Source: Tubiluchus corallicola (lineage: Eukaryota > Animalia > Priapulida). Taken from it: a stretch of 64,000 nt of DNA. A program made the translations under genes and the position numbers. The stretch covers positions 372,001 through 436,000 of the forward strand of contig JAQGDQ010000153.1 of assembly GCA_030141605.1 (NCBI GenBank), written 5' to 3'. Below are positions 1-14,300 of the stretch, in pieces. The notes beneath the pieces were generated by a model. The model did not search any database and was not told the DNA's origin. It worked only from the letters and a program-made list of their open reading frames with translations. The first letter of the stretch is position 1; every line of letters begins with the position of its first letter.

Positions 1-383
1 TTCCCAAGCACATTTGCATAGGTGTTACAGTACTGCTTAAAGGCATGATGTCACGAAAAATAGGCTTTCCATCATATGACGTTATGAAACTAACCGTTCA
101 TAATCATGGTTGGTTCATAATCATGGTTATCACGGTACCGCCTTCTATTTGTCGGCCACGCGCACGTGACAAAGAGGCGCCAATCTTAGTAGATTCACTG
201 AGCCGCGCGTAGCTTTGAAAGTTTAACGAAATTTGAGTATCCGAGGTAATTATTGTTTAATCTAAGCTTTGATTTAAAATAAGCTATTGTAGTTTTCAAT
301 ATTTTAGAGCACTCTTTATTCTGAACTCGTGTTTACACAATCATCCGGTTTTCCTTTAAGTACGATCAATATAATGGAATAAA

Positions 384-1625
384 TAGTCCTACCCCGAAAA
401 AATTATAAGAAAACGTTTTTGTTAATATAATAAGACCATTCCCATTGCTCAAATTTCGGCCTACTTTTGATATTATGGTATGTTATGCTCTGAACCAAAT
501 ACTATAAAGAATGATGAAAAATGCTTATTTTGACTTATTAATAGTCTAGAGCTCATTAAAATGACTATTTTTGGTTATGAAATCAATCGAAATTCGTCCA
601 ATATGGCCGCAGTTTTCAAAATGGCTGATAATGTTGCTATTGCTGGCCTATAAGAATATTGCTAGCTTATATATCTTTTAGGAATTTTGAACAACGTCTA
701 CCTGTTTTTGTCTAACTAACATGCACGTACTGTCACAACGTAGCAAGATTATGTATGACCGCTGGTATGACTTTTAGAATGAATATTACACATACAGTAT
801 TATATAATGCCTTGCGTACACTGCTACACTCTGCTTATTGTCTGGTACAGGCAAATAAAACTTAGATATATAGCTTTTCAAGAAATTGCGAATGCTGAAA
901 AGTATCAGTTCTGTCAGCTTTCGCTGGCTGCAAGCAGATTTCAGATTTTGCTAAGAGAGGAAAAGATAGCCTGGTCTACGTGGTAAGTGTTTAAAGGGGT
1001 AATAGAATAATTTGGTATCTCTAAGCATTATTCCCAGAGCTAAGCAGCTGACTTACCTCATGCTTATGCTTGAATGTTTTGTTGCACTCTAGTATGACAA
1101 AGCAAACACATGCATCACTGTGACAGTTGACAAAGCACGTAAACAGGAAAAGAGTGTAATTGGAGGATACAATGTTGGAGCATACCGAACGGGTTGTGCA
1201 TCAAACAGAACTGTTGGGACCAGCCACTGATCCCTACGCTCAAGTTTACTATCACCACATGGCACAGGCGGAAAAGTTTTACTGAACGGACAAGGCACAT
1301 TGCTACACTCTACTTGATGTCTGGAGTAGGCAACTTTCATGAAATTGCGAATGCCATAGGCCCTGAAAAGGATCAGTTCTGTTAGTTTTTATTGTTTGTA
1401 ACCAGATTTCAGATCTTAACAGGAGAGGAAAAGGATAGCCTGGTCTGCTTTTGCATTCTAAAGTATCAAAAGTGTGTCAATAACTATTAAATGTTATTGC
1501 CAGCAAGCGAAAAGGTGCTCTGCCATGCTGAAATTTCGACCTAATTTGGATATATTACTTTCTGGACCAAATACTACAAATAAACACCAAAAACGTTTTC
1601 TTGCAATTTCTTAGGGTAAGGCATA
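384..1625 (+). mobile_element. Non-autonomous DNA transposon, Academ(X)-like, with transposase relic
   Basis: Starts TAGTCCTACCCC..AAGAAAACGTTTT; the reverse complement of that end occurs at ~1590-1625. Long similarity to the 52461-54990 element. 1090-1270 translates with frameshifts to YDKANTC..VDKARKQ..DTMLEHTERVVHQ..CWDQPLIP, like the LYD..VNEAR..ALLQH..RA.YQ..CWGQ.LIP region I recall in XPG/Cys8 Academ-type proteins. Internal direct duplication ~820-975 vs ~1300-1447. Confidence 0.65.
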
Positions 1626-2335
1626 CTGATGTTTTTGTGCGTAGACTCATGAATAAAACAGCTAACAGTTTTCTTAGTTGCACAGTATTATTTTTACTCA
1701 ATGACAAGATGTAGTTTCAAGTCACAGGTGAATCTAAAAAAACACAATGGATAGCATGTATAACAGATATAATCAGTTTAACTGTACCGAACAATACAGA
1801 AAATATACCAAGGCACAAAAAAGCAAGTAGTCACCCAGCCATTATAGATGTAGTCACCGTGCTGTTTAACTTTCAGCAAAAAATTTAAAAAGATTATTAT
1901 AATAATAATGCAAAACTAATAGTAATGCTACTTACAAAAACATGTGCAAATCTTGAGCATGGTGCATGAACAGTTCACACATGGCTTCTTACACAATTTA
2001 CATATGTAACTTGCAGAACAGTTTAAGCAAACGGGGGTGGGCAGCGATAGGTAAGGTCAGCCAGAGGTAACACACACTATTCCATTATACTGACCATACT
2101 ATAATAAAATAACAAGAAAATACAGATAACCATGGCTTATTGAGCGCAAAAGCCACCAAAAGTTATCACCCCTACTTGTAGGGGAGGCAAAACTCTGGCA
2201 CAATATAGCTGTGACATGGAAAATACCATTTCTATTGACTAACAGATTAAGAGAGTAAAAATTCCTTTATAATAATTGGAAATTATTATATTTTATATGA
2301 GTATATCATTTGATGACTTTCGTGTGTATTTCTAG

Positions 2336-5300
2336 TGTAATCCAGGAAAGGCTATAAATGCAATGCACGAGACAGTTTACAATGGACCGCCCAAGCTGCT
2401 GGTTGTAGGCGCCGGGTGTTCAGCTTGCAGTGAAGCCACTGCTCAGGTGTCACATTATTGGAATTTAGTGCAGGTAGCTTTAATAGACCTAATAATGAAA
2501 TAAGTTATGGTAGAATGTTAAACGGTAGACTATTAAAGTTATTGCTAAAGTATTTGTGGCTCCTTTTGGAAAACAAGTCCACAGATGTAGTGCATTGATT
2601 TTATCGGCTTTTTATGTGATGCCCAGGTAATTGGTGGGAAACGAGCAGGTGTATGCTGTTGGCATTGGGTTAATTAATTCGTTGTAATTATTAGGTGTTA
2701 ACTGGTCATACAAAAAAGCGTATTTTGTTATGTAGTATTAGACCAGTTTCGTTCCTCATCTGAATTTCCTGAATATCCGTGCCTCCACTATTTTACTTGC
2801 GAAGCTATAATTAAATATAATATATATATATATATAGACTGAACAACGCAGCTAGGGTATATTCGTCATACAATGCAATAAAAAGCATTTACAATAATAT
2901 TAATAATAAATTTACAACAATAACTAAATATTACAGTCACATATATAGACACTGAGTTATAGTATAAATTTGTGACAAAATTATACAGAAATCCCGTACA
3001 GAATTCCATTTTCAAAATTCTAATGCATAACGAATATTAGACTTGCAATTACAATTTTCAATCAATTTATGCTCAGTGTTGTGCGCAGGTGAGAAGTGCT
3101 GTGAAGTCCTGATTTTTTTGCGTTTTAATGTGTTTTTCTACAAAGTTAGAATATAAAATTAGTATTACTTGACGCATGGAAATTTCTGGAGTCGCCTGAT
3201 TGTATTGTTACAACGTATCAGAACATGTTACTTGTGAAAACTGGTAAAATCTGTCTTTGATATTCGACGTAAAATAATTGTTAGATAAGTTTTAGTGGCT
3301 GGAACTTGTTATAAACCTGTTTGACAGCATCGTTAGTGGGCACGCAACGCAAAAACTTTCTTTTTTACTAACCAATTTAGAGCCTTTGTTCTGTTACAAT
3401 GTTAACAATAGGTCAGCCACTACCCAGAAAGAGCGGCGAAATTTGCAGAAAAACAAATTTTTAACAAAGCTGTTATTTGTGACAGATGTGATTCAGTACA
3501 TTCTAAATGGAGTAATATTCGTACTACAAGAAACGATCCAAGCCGTCGATACAGCTGTAAGTCAAATACAGCCGCATGACGATTGTGATTGCGACGATAA
3601 TGGCGGCGATGTAACACTTATACTCGACGAAGCTAAGTTAACAGCTGTTGAGCAGATTAAAAAATGACTGATATAAGGCATATAACGTTAGCAATACGCA
3701 TAATTCGGAATAAGAAATCAACGTTCACTAAACTAGACGCAATAGGCCAAAATCTCTATAAATTTAATGGTAATGTAAATGCCTTATTTAACAAAACGAT
3801 ACAACCAAGCCATCGTTCAGTGACGTAGCCAAAAAGACATTGTCTCAAGTTTGCCTACATAACGGTACAAAGGCAAACTTTCAGACAGCAGCTAAACCCG
3901 TAAAAATTGTGGAGGCATCATTTTTTTTAGCTGCAGTACGTGTCAATTTCAAAGTGAGACATCTAAAATCACCTAATCAGTTATTATGGTTTGAAATTAA
4001 TTTAAAATGTTATAGGATGTTTACGTGTGTATAATATCGTTCATCTTCCCAAGATACCCAAACCGAAAATCGTTTTTTGACCAATTACAGCAATCTTATT
4101 ATAACCTTGTGAACTCACTATACTCTCTAAACGTCCTTACTATACAATATTTGTAGGGAGTTTTATCGGTAGATTCAAAGCTTGGAAAGCGAGGAAGCGA
4201 ACGAAACCTCTGCAGGCCAAAATTGCTTAATTTTACTGTTATTTTTCAAAATTGATTCAATTTATCACCATCTTATTTACATTCACTACTGTCATTGCGA
4301 GTGAGAAGCGCAACACCTTAGCCTGTTCGCAACAATGCTGACATAAAAACGTTGCTACGCACTCTGAGGCATTTGAAAGATCTTTTTTGTTTCATCTACG
4401 AATTGTTGAACTCCCGCGCAATGGTTACGTGAAGTGTCAGCGTTAAGGTAATTCAAACGGAATTAAAACATTTCTGAAGTCAAAAGGCAGGGTTCATCGC
4501 GTACGCATGAGTATTGATTTTAGTCAGTTAAATTGTGATTTGTTTTTGAAAGGTTGCATATAGCTGATGGTTTACTCGCCTCTCAAAATTGTGATTGTGG
4601 TTATTATTTTGAAAACTCAGAACATTTCTTCCTAGAATGCCCTCATCAAGCCAGAGTTGCATCTGTGTTCAATCAATTAAATAACATATTATTGTCATTA
4701 AATATCAACATTTTATAATGTAGCAGTAGCGAAGTACTGTCATTGTAGCTTTGTGGAAGTGACGATTTTAGTGTTAGTGTTAACTGTAAAATTTCTGATT
4801 ACATTCAAAAATACATTAGGAGCACTAAACTTTTTAACGTCATCAAATTTAGGATAACTTTTAAGTATTTATTGTTTATTATTCATTTATTTTCGTTATT
4901 AATCGTGTTACATCTGCTAACTTTGTATTTGTTCGTATTCATATTTTTATTTATTTGTTTAGTTGTTTATTAGACAAAGACACCATTGCAATTACATAAT
5001 AAGATATACTACATACAATTATACAAACTGAAAACAAAAATTACTACAATTACTTGTCAAGTAAGCAGTCAATTATTAGTGAACAAATGATGTAACTGCT
5101 TACAGCTGAGCTAAAAGCTGGAACTTGGAAAGCCCAGCTGCAATGCATGGTGTGTTCTTAGGTGTTAGGGCAGGATAAAAGAGACGCGCAAAGAAAAGAG
5201 ATGACATGAAGGTAAAATTAGGGTGTAAGTAAGTAATGTAAGTAGAATAGAAGAAGAAAAGCTAAAAATTATTTAAAAAAATTGAAAAACGATGAGGTGA

Positions 5301-8300
5301 TAATGATGAAAATGCAATGAAATGGTGGTAGCATGATAAGTTATTTATGTATACAGGGACGGACTGTGAGTGGCAACCAACGTAGTGAACACAATATGGC
5401 AAGAGAAGTTGAAGACCAAATCCACCTAATATATTTTCATCTCCTTCTTAAATCTAGGTTGACATGATATTACTTTATCATATCTGCATTTCTGACGTAA
5501 ATACACTTGCACGGTGAGGATTTATGTAATAGTTTTAAAAGCTATCTAATCTGAACCAAATAAACTACGTTTAAACTAAACTAACCAATTTACACTACAT
5601 TCAAAATTCAGGTAGACGACATTTAAAGAAAAACATCATATAATATTATTCTATTGGTGAAGTTAAGAAAAGTTGCAAATTTCGCGTTTATTCTTTTGAC
5701 AATAACTTCTGCCTAAAGTTCCAAAATGCAGAAAATTAGACGTGAAACATTAGAATATACAAGACTGAGAAGGTGCACGACTGTGTTTGTCACTCTATTA
5801 TGCATGGTCGGGTGTCCTTGACTTTTTGATTGAGGTCATCGTTCACCATGTCTTTGTCAAGGACCCAGCCTAACAAAACTGAATGCTAACTAAACAACAA
5901 AAGTCAGTGTATTGGTTCGCCTAGATCGCATATAATAAGGCTATTCGTTTGTTAGTATTCAGAGCTGTAAAATACTTAGCTTGTAATGTATAAACATAGT
6001 GAGTTTATATAACAATTTGAGGCGTTTTTCTATATTGCACTTCCCAGGCGAATCTGAAAATCTTGAGTGAGGCTGATAGCCGGAGGGGTGTGCTTTCGGG
6101 TAGTTACTGATAAGTTACTGATTTATGGAAATAAGTATTATTGGCAAAGTTAATGTGTTCTTAAAAAATAAATTTCTGTTTCTCGGTAAAATAAACTTCA
6201 CATAACATAGGCTTTGTTTGAAATAGATTTAAGCAAATTGGCAGGCTTCTTTTGCTAAATTACAGACTTTACTATGGCAAATTACAGTGGCAAAATGAGT
6301 TTTGCAAATATGTGTTACGTGCTATGCAAGGCACAATGTAATGACTTTTTATTGATATTGTTGAACTAACCGGCTCGTACTGAAATTATAAGGATTTGGT
6401 GAAAGCATTGAAAAGCTTTGACGTTTTATTAATTTAAGGCGTAATTACCGGTAGTACAAGTTTCAGTTAGAAAGGTTACCATAAATAATTTTTTTCTTTC
6501 AGAACAGCATTAAGTTTGTGGGTTTGATTTACACTTCCAAATAAACTTATTATTATATATTATTATATGACGGCCTGATAATTATTATGCTGAACTTATC
6601 CTTGCTTCTCAAGAGTTAGGTGTTTTAATTTCAAGAAATACAGTTGTTTTTACTTGTATTAATTTAATAACACTTCTAATTCTTTTCAAGATCATTTGAT
6701 TTTTCTTATTCAAAGAGGTTTTTGTGCTTCATGGATAACTTTTAGCAGAAATTCTTATGATGTCCAATAACCTTAAAATTTGCTTTAGCAGAATGGGAAA
6801 GAATAAGCCTTGCTCGTGTTCACAAGCGTCTAGCTTAAAGATTTTGAGGCGTTATTCTGTACACGTAAACTTCACGGGCAGTTCTGAAATTGCTGAGAGA
6901 GGCAGAATGGGGGGGGGGAGAGGTACTTGCGGTAGGTCCTGCCTATCCTGGTAAGATACTGATTTCCGGAAATAAGTATTATTGGCAATTTAATGCATTC
7001 CTCAAAAAATGAATTTCTGTTTCTTTCTGAAATAAACAAGTAGGGTATGAAATGACTGGCCATGCCGTAGAACGAGATCGAACAAATAGCCAAGACGAAT
7101 GCTATTTTCTGAAAAGTAGAAAATTCTTGACTATACTATCAAATGTTTCAATTCTGCTATCCCTGTCAAAGGTTGTAAATATTAATTTTATGGTCAATAA
7201 ACTACTACTACTATTATTACTATCCTAATGAGATAAAAGGTAATAGATCTGATGAGAAATGAGGGGATGGGAAGGAAATGTGTGGTTGGGATGTAGAACA
7301 AAGTCAGGTTTGGAGGTGGTGGAAGGATAGGAGTAGATGGAGTAGAAACAAATCGAAGTTGAGTATGTTGGGGGATTCGTGAAATAACATAAAATGCAAC
7401 GGAAGATTAGCTGATCTGAGAAGTGACAAAATTGGATAGAACCAAATGTGATACATTAAAATGGAATAAACTAAATTATTATAGGATCCCCGCGCGGAAT
7501 GAGATGGAGTGATACATGATACAAAACTATAATGGGTGACTTGATTGCTATGAATGATTCGAGTTTGGACGAGATAGAAAAAGAACCACACGACGGAGAT
7601 CAAATTTTTGTTTCTAAATAAATCCCAACATGCAGAGTATTACGGTTGTTGGTACCTTGCAAAAAATTTTATACTTAAAAGCCTTGTTTTGCTTTTAGGT
7701 GTCGCCATCTTCCGTGTCTGCAGCGTTATCTAATAGGAAACGATTTCCTCGTTTCTTTAGGACTTCGACGTCTGATCTAAACATGAACTGGCCACGAATA
7801 CTTCTAATGAAATATCTGGGTTGGAAGAGAATCGCCATCATTAGCGAATCACTGGAAATCTTTACCGTAGTTCGTATAATAGTTTATGTGCTACTACATA
7901 AACTATTACTGTTCTTGACGCTTATAAGTGGACTTTGGGAATGTGGATAGTAGTTAGTAACATGCTCTCAGAAATAAAGTATTGATATGGCTTTCAAATA
8001 ATTACAGTTCCTAGTTAACTTCTCTAATAAATAAGTGAGTAGTAATTAGGCCTACTAATTAGTAGATTAGTAGTCCAGATTACCGATTATGCTTCACACT
8101 AATTTCTTGTAGCTGTAGTATTAAAGTACCTAAAGATAAATTTTGCAGAGCCATGGATCCGGATAAACCAGCAAAATAATTTAAGACCACACAATGACAA
8201 TAAATGAATTTACTTATCTTAGCTTATTACACCCCATTTAGTGTCGCCGTAGTTAACTTTGCACTTGTAGGTTTAGACCATTTTCAAAAACTTCTGTGGC

Positions 8301-11300
8301 CATGTTTTTAGGCAACGGAAGCTTTCCTACCTATGCTGAAAAAAGAAAATTTTGAGCTAGTGCGATTGGAATATTTTCACCCAACAAGTGATCCCACGGA
8401 AGCCTTAGACAGTATAATCGTGAGTTGTTTTTACAACTTTTATTTATTTATCTTTGCAATATTTATTTATTTTTAAATATTTAAGTGTTACACACAGTTC
8501 ATAACAGTCTGCAAAAATTTTCGATTTTATTGCTGACGGAAGAAATTCAATGTTTCCATTGTTTTTACCTTTCATATATAGCTTTTTTAATTAGAAAGTG
8601 TTGGTTTTATGGGAAATTCTTAAATAGCTTTTGAAATTGATTTCAGAAAAACGACGCGAGAGTAATTTTTGGTGGCTTTTACTTGGACAGAGCCATGAAA
8701 GTGTTTTGTGCGGTAAGAATGTTACTGGCTTTGTACAGTTAACATTTATACAACGTTTTTATTTGATGAGGGCTATAGTAAAGGACAAGTAAGAGCCTGA
8801 AGCACGAAATTTCAGTGAAAATTGTTGAATTACACCTTTTATTTTAATTTACTGTAGTTTTTTTACATGTGAACGCGTGCAGAGATTTTCAGCCATTCAT
8901 TGTTTCTAAAGGCTGAACGTTTGTGTGAACAAAAGGATTATCAAAATTCGGGTGGATTCTTTTTTTTAAGAATAGGCTCTGTGCACTCCACAAAATGAAT
9001 CTTTACCTGTGACGTCTTCCTTAGCATAAACTTTAAAGCTCGATATGATATGTCACCTCGTACGATCACGTTCTCTAAATTAAAGATTTCTAATTTTTGC
9101 AAACAAAAACGGCTAAAAGTGATCGAAAATTTCTGTTTCTTGCTTCAAACCATTTCCGGTTAGTATCTCCGGACAAAAAGCCTTTAATGAAGCAATGGGA
9201 AACCGAGACGAATGATTGCTTTGTACTTCGTACATCCAACTTGATGGTCAAATATAACCGAGAGCAAAAAAAGCACGCACACGCACGCACGCATGCATGC
9301 ACGCACAAACACACACATATGCACAAAAACACGCACGCACGCAAACGCGCGCGCGTACATGCAGATACACATAATATGTATGGGATCCTGGTCTTCTAAA
9401 CGTATTATTGTTAAGAAAACCCATACTAATTATATTTCTACTTTGTTTCTGCTACTCAAGACACTTCGTGGAAGTCCGAGCTTTTTTGATTATTTGTGGG
9501 TGAAGTAAATGGTCTTATAGTGTCATGTTAATGCCGATCAATTTATACAAACATATAAGTATACATAAAAGGCATACTGATAGGCATAGAAAATAGTTTG
9601 AAAAATAGAGACATAATTGTTGATAAACAGCTTATTAGTGTGATAATTTATAGGCTTACAGACGTGGCTTTTATGGACCCAAGATACAATGGGTTTTGGT
9701 AGGATGGTATGATGATTACTGGTGGAGACAACAGGATGTATCAAATGTGCCCGGAAATTGCACTATAGAAGAGGTAAGAAATAAATAAAAACAAAAAATT
9801 GTTTGTAAGTAAGTAAGTAACGATTACTACTTACAGTATGCTTTGTACTATTTCAGAATCAATGACGTACAGTTTTAATTTGCTGCACTATTAAAATATT
9901 ACAATCTAAGTTAATTTTTTTAGCTTGTAAAATTGATTAAACATATCTTCTGTCCTTAAGTTTTTCGAGTTGTAAATAAAAATCCCAAGCAAAGCAAAAA
10001 ACCACTGAAAATAAGGCGCTCACAGAAAAAGACTGAGAACATGATTTCAGATCTAGTAAGTGCCTTTATTAATAATTTGCTAGACACAGAAGATAAATGT
10101 TGATGTGTTTGTTGACTCTAGTGAGGCTGCAGTTGGTAATAAAAACAATTTTCTGGCAAAGAAACTTCGCAAGAAAGAGGCTGTAAAATACCTTGATTTA
10201 ATCTACGGGAAAATAACTAGTTGTATCAGGAAAATATTATAATTAGGTAAGTAGGCAGGCACCTAGTAACAAATGGTAAGGTAACTAATAAGCACTGTTT
10301 TTCAAATAATTTTTGCAGATTTTGACTGCTATGGGTAATTATATAGCTACTGGAGCAGTTTATTGGAATCCTTTTGAAGAAGTTGGGTTCGCCGGACTCA
10401 CCAGCAAAGAATTTAAGCAAGAATTTGATAGATTTACAAATTACACATCTCCTTTCGGTTGGAAGTAAGTGATATATATGCATTATAATATAGTCTGCTA
10501 TATTATGCAAGAGCTGTAAAATATAATGTGCAAGATACGTTTTTCTTATAGTGGGGACAAAAGATCAAATATCTTGCACGTGCACGAAAATTAGCAAATC
10601 ATTGACACATAGACATGTCTGTCAACAAAACTTATAGTAAATGTTAGTCATTAAAAACGAAATTCAAACCCAGTTAATTTACTGCACAAAGCAAACTGTG
10701 AAATTTGCGGTAAATGTTAAGACTGACACAAGAAAAACGATGACGATGTACCAGAGAGTAATAGTGTCTATTTGGTAGTTTTATACATAGTGATGTAATT
10801 TTCTAATGTCTTGTGGCACCTACATTTTGAGGTCAATTTCATTTAACGATACAAATGGTATAAAAAACTACCCATCAATATCAATTAATATAATATAAAT
10901 TAAATATCAATTAATTTAAGTTAGTGAATAAAATAAAAGGGGCTGCCAATTTTATTTTATTTTATTTGCTTTTTAGTTAACTTCCGTTGACAAACAATTT
11001 GTAGATTACTGAAATTGCTTTTTAAACAGGTTTGCGGCTTGGGCGTTTGACTGCGCTTGGGCCGTGGCAATTGCATTGAATAAAACCGCAAATGTTCTCA
11101 GATCGCAAGGTAATCAACACTTACTACTTTCCTATTGTTAATTATTAAATTATAATAGTATGTTATACTTATGTATTGTAAGGGCTTAGACACTTATAAG
11201 CAAATTGTCATACCGTGGGACAAACATCTGCTTCGACTTAAATGAATGTTGTAAACTATACGTAACTGAGTATTTAAAATTTAGTTAGCCTATAATTAAA

Positions 11301-14300
11301 TAATAACTAACTTGAGATTCGCTTGTTATGTACAGGTAAACGTTTAGAAGATTTTGCTTACGCTAACACCAAAGTCACGCAGCTCATTTTCGACCAAATG
11401 AGTTTGACGAAGTTTCTTGGGGTCAAGGGGCAAGTGCAATTTGATGAAGTCGGTACCGCTTTCAGCGCTACTAGGATAGCGCAGTTTCAGGGTAAATTTA
11501 CAGTATTACATCAAGCTATGACAGATTAACATCCGCTAATTTATATTATAAGTTTTCACACAGACAACATTCTACAGTGCAGTTGCTTCAGAAAAGTGTC
11601 GAAAAAGTAATGCTTAAATATGCCTAATATCTACCCACGACGGAAATGGAAGTTGTAACTATTCATCTACTTTATTAACTTGACCAATAACCAGTTACCT
11701 GTTATTAGCAATACAAGTAGAGTACATACTTGGGACAAAACAATTTATAGTCAATTTTTTTTTGTATTTCACACTTTATTCCCGCGTGATAGAATGGTTC
11801 GCTGCATATAGTTAATTGCCATTTAGAAAAAAGTTGATATACTAGAAAACGTTTCTTTTTTCCTTTTTAGGAGATAGAGTTGTAACAATAACAGTAGTAA
11901 TACCAGGACGCACGCGACTTGATGAAGACAATTTTCTAAATGATTTTGAATGGCTTAGTAAGTAACTATTTCACATCTTACTTGCAAATGGATTATGCAT
12001 ACAGTAATAGTAGCCAAAGTAAGATTTTTGAGTTGTATACGAGTATCATAAAAAGGCCAAAAACAAACAATTCGTAAACCAATGAACTAATTCCAAATCA
12101 TAGAAAAATCATTGAATAACGACAGGATCTGATCCAAAACGCCCTACCTCATTAACCATCTCATTAATTGCATCCTAACGTAACTCTAGCCTAACTCGAA
12201 CCCTGCATAGCGTGAATTGAACTACCAGGTAACTACAAGTAAGCTAAAACTAAAACAATTATACATATTTAGTGACAATGGCATTTTCTGTGGCAAAGAT
12301 AAAAATGCTCTGTTGTTCTCCTCACACTGAATGGCTATTACTAACAACAGACATCATCTATTCAACCTGATCAGATTAGTTGCCATTAAATGTGTAAATA
12401 AAGCCGGTAACATGGTTTTGAATATAAGTGTGAAACGTTTGGTATCGTGCATGATGTTTGTCCACAGTATGAGTAATAACAAGTGTAACATTACACATTT
12501 TACAGCCCCAGATGATGCACCACCGCTGGACGGGCCACAAATAGAAAGCAAAAAACTTTTCGTGCCATTTACTCTCTACATCGTGGCATGCACTTGTTCA
12601 TGCTTGGGAATTCTACTCTGTCTCGCATTTTTGTCATTTAATGTTGTCTACAGAGAAGCCAAGTAAGAGCTGGGAATTCAATTTTTATTACAGTTTCCCT
12701 TCATTCCTCCAATCTTTGTTTACTTGATCGCTTTTTTCTATTTCTTCTCTATTTCTCGCATTGTCATAGTTTCCTACACTGTTTCTTCTTTGATTTTTTC
12801 TTTCTCATTCATTTTTCTGTTTTCCTCATGTCCTGGCTTATTTCTTTTCTTTTTGTGCATTTCTGTAACCTTTTTTACTCTTTTTTCGGTCTTTGTTTTT
12901 CATTTCTCTTTTATTTTTCTGCCTATCTTCTTTCTGTCCTTCTTTCTTCTCTTTAGTTTCAATTTTTTATTTTCATTTTTTATTACTTGCATTGTTTGTT
13001 TTGTCGCTTTTATAGCTCTTTTGAATACATTCTTTTCTTTCTTTTTCACTTGTATTTCTTTGTTCGCTTTTGAGTTTTATTAACTTTTCTCTTCACTCTT
13101 TGTTTCTGTTCTTTGATTTTTCGTCGCTTTTTCTTGCTTTTGTTTTGTTCGCCTTTATTTTCAAACCTTTTCTTTTCTCTTCTTTTCTATCTCTTTATCT
13201 TTTTCATTTTATCGTGCTTTAATCTGCTTGTTCATTTGCCTGATTTTTTTGGTTACATTTGCCGTTTTCTTTACTTGTATCAATTTTTGTCTTTTCATAT
13301 CCAGAAAACTGAAGTTATTTCTATAAATAATGTGGATTTTTAGGGTGGTAAAGCTATCTTCACCAAATCTCAATAATCTCATATTATGCGGGTGTACCAT
13401 TTGTTATCTCTACGTGTTCTTCGAAGGCACAAAGGAGGGCTATCCAATACTGATTTACTGCAAGGTAAAATGAAGTTGCGCACATTACTGAATATTGTGT
13501 AATGAATATTGGAGTAGTAGCTTACGGAAATAGCCAGATTAAAACTTCAAAAATTGAGCGCACTGAATTTGAACTTTATTATTGTATGACAATAGTAAAA
13601 AGTAACTAGAGAGCCCTCAGTACAGCGGGACATTGTTGTCTTAATGAGATCGACGTAGTTCGTTACTACCGCAAGGATGTATTTGTACTGACTCTAAAAT
13701 GATTCTAACTTGCTGGGAGAGCATTCGGCTAATTTGGGCTAGAGTTCGATACAGACAGAGCTGGAAGTTACTTTTTAATAAAAAACTTTAATCGTGCCCA
13801 AGTTACAATATGCGTGGATTTAAAACTTTAAATAAAAGTCGAAAATCAGATGCAGATATTTGAAGGCTGTGAAATCCTGTGATGGCCTTGCGTAGTTCAG
13901 TTATGGTTTTAATGTGTAGGATGTTTAAACAGGTCATTTTATATCTCTGAAGAATCTTAGAGTGCTTGTTGGTATGTTAGGTACTTCAGTGCTGAGTATT
14001 GGCACCCTCTCCTACAGCTACTATTTTTTTAACTTATATTGTAGTTCGAATGCAAGATAAACGTTTTAACTATGAAATTAATATTTTAATCAATTATTGT
14101 TAATACCATGATAACAATCATCAAACAATACAAACACATTCTTCCCTGTTGCAAAGCAGTTTCTACATTGGGAGCTCCTGGATCTTCGTGTGTTGGCCTT
14201 CTTCTGGCTTAGCAGGAAATCATTGTTCAAGGCAGGGTGGAAGCACAGAGTTAATCTGTTAGTAAAGTGATTACAAAGACTGAAAATAAACCATGAATGT

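Noticed and set aside
8761-8812. TGATGAGGGCT..AGCCTGAAG hammerhead-like motif
   Set aside because: The core is mismatched (no CUGA, no GAAA in register); at best a dead relic.
12690-13300. Phe/Leu-rich 'membrane protein' ORFs (12724-13083, 13113-13343)
   Set aside because: They come from an intronic pyrimidine-rich low-complexity tract; the GPCR splices cleanly across it.
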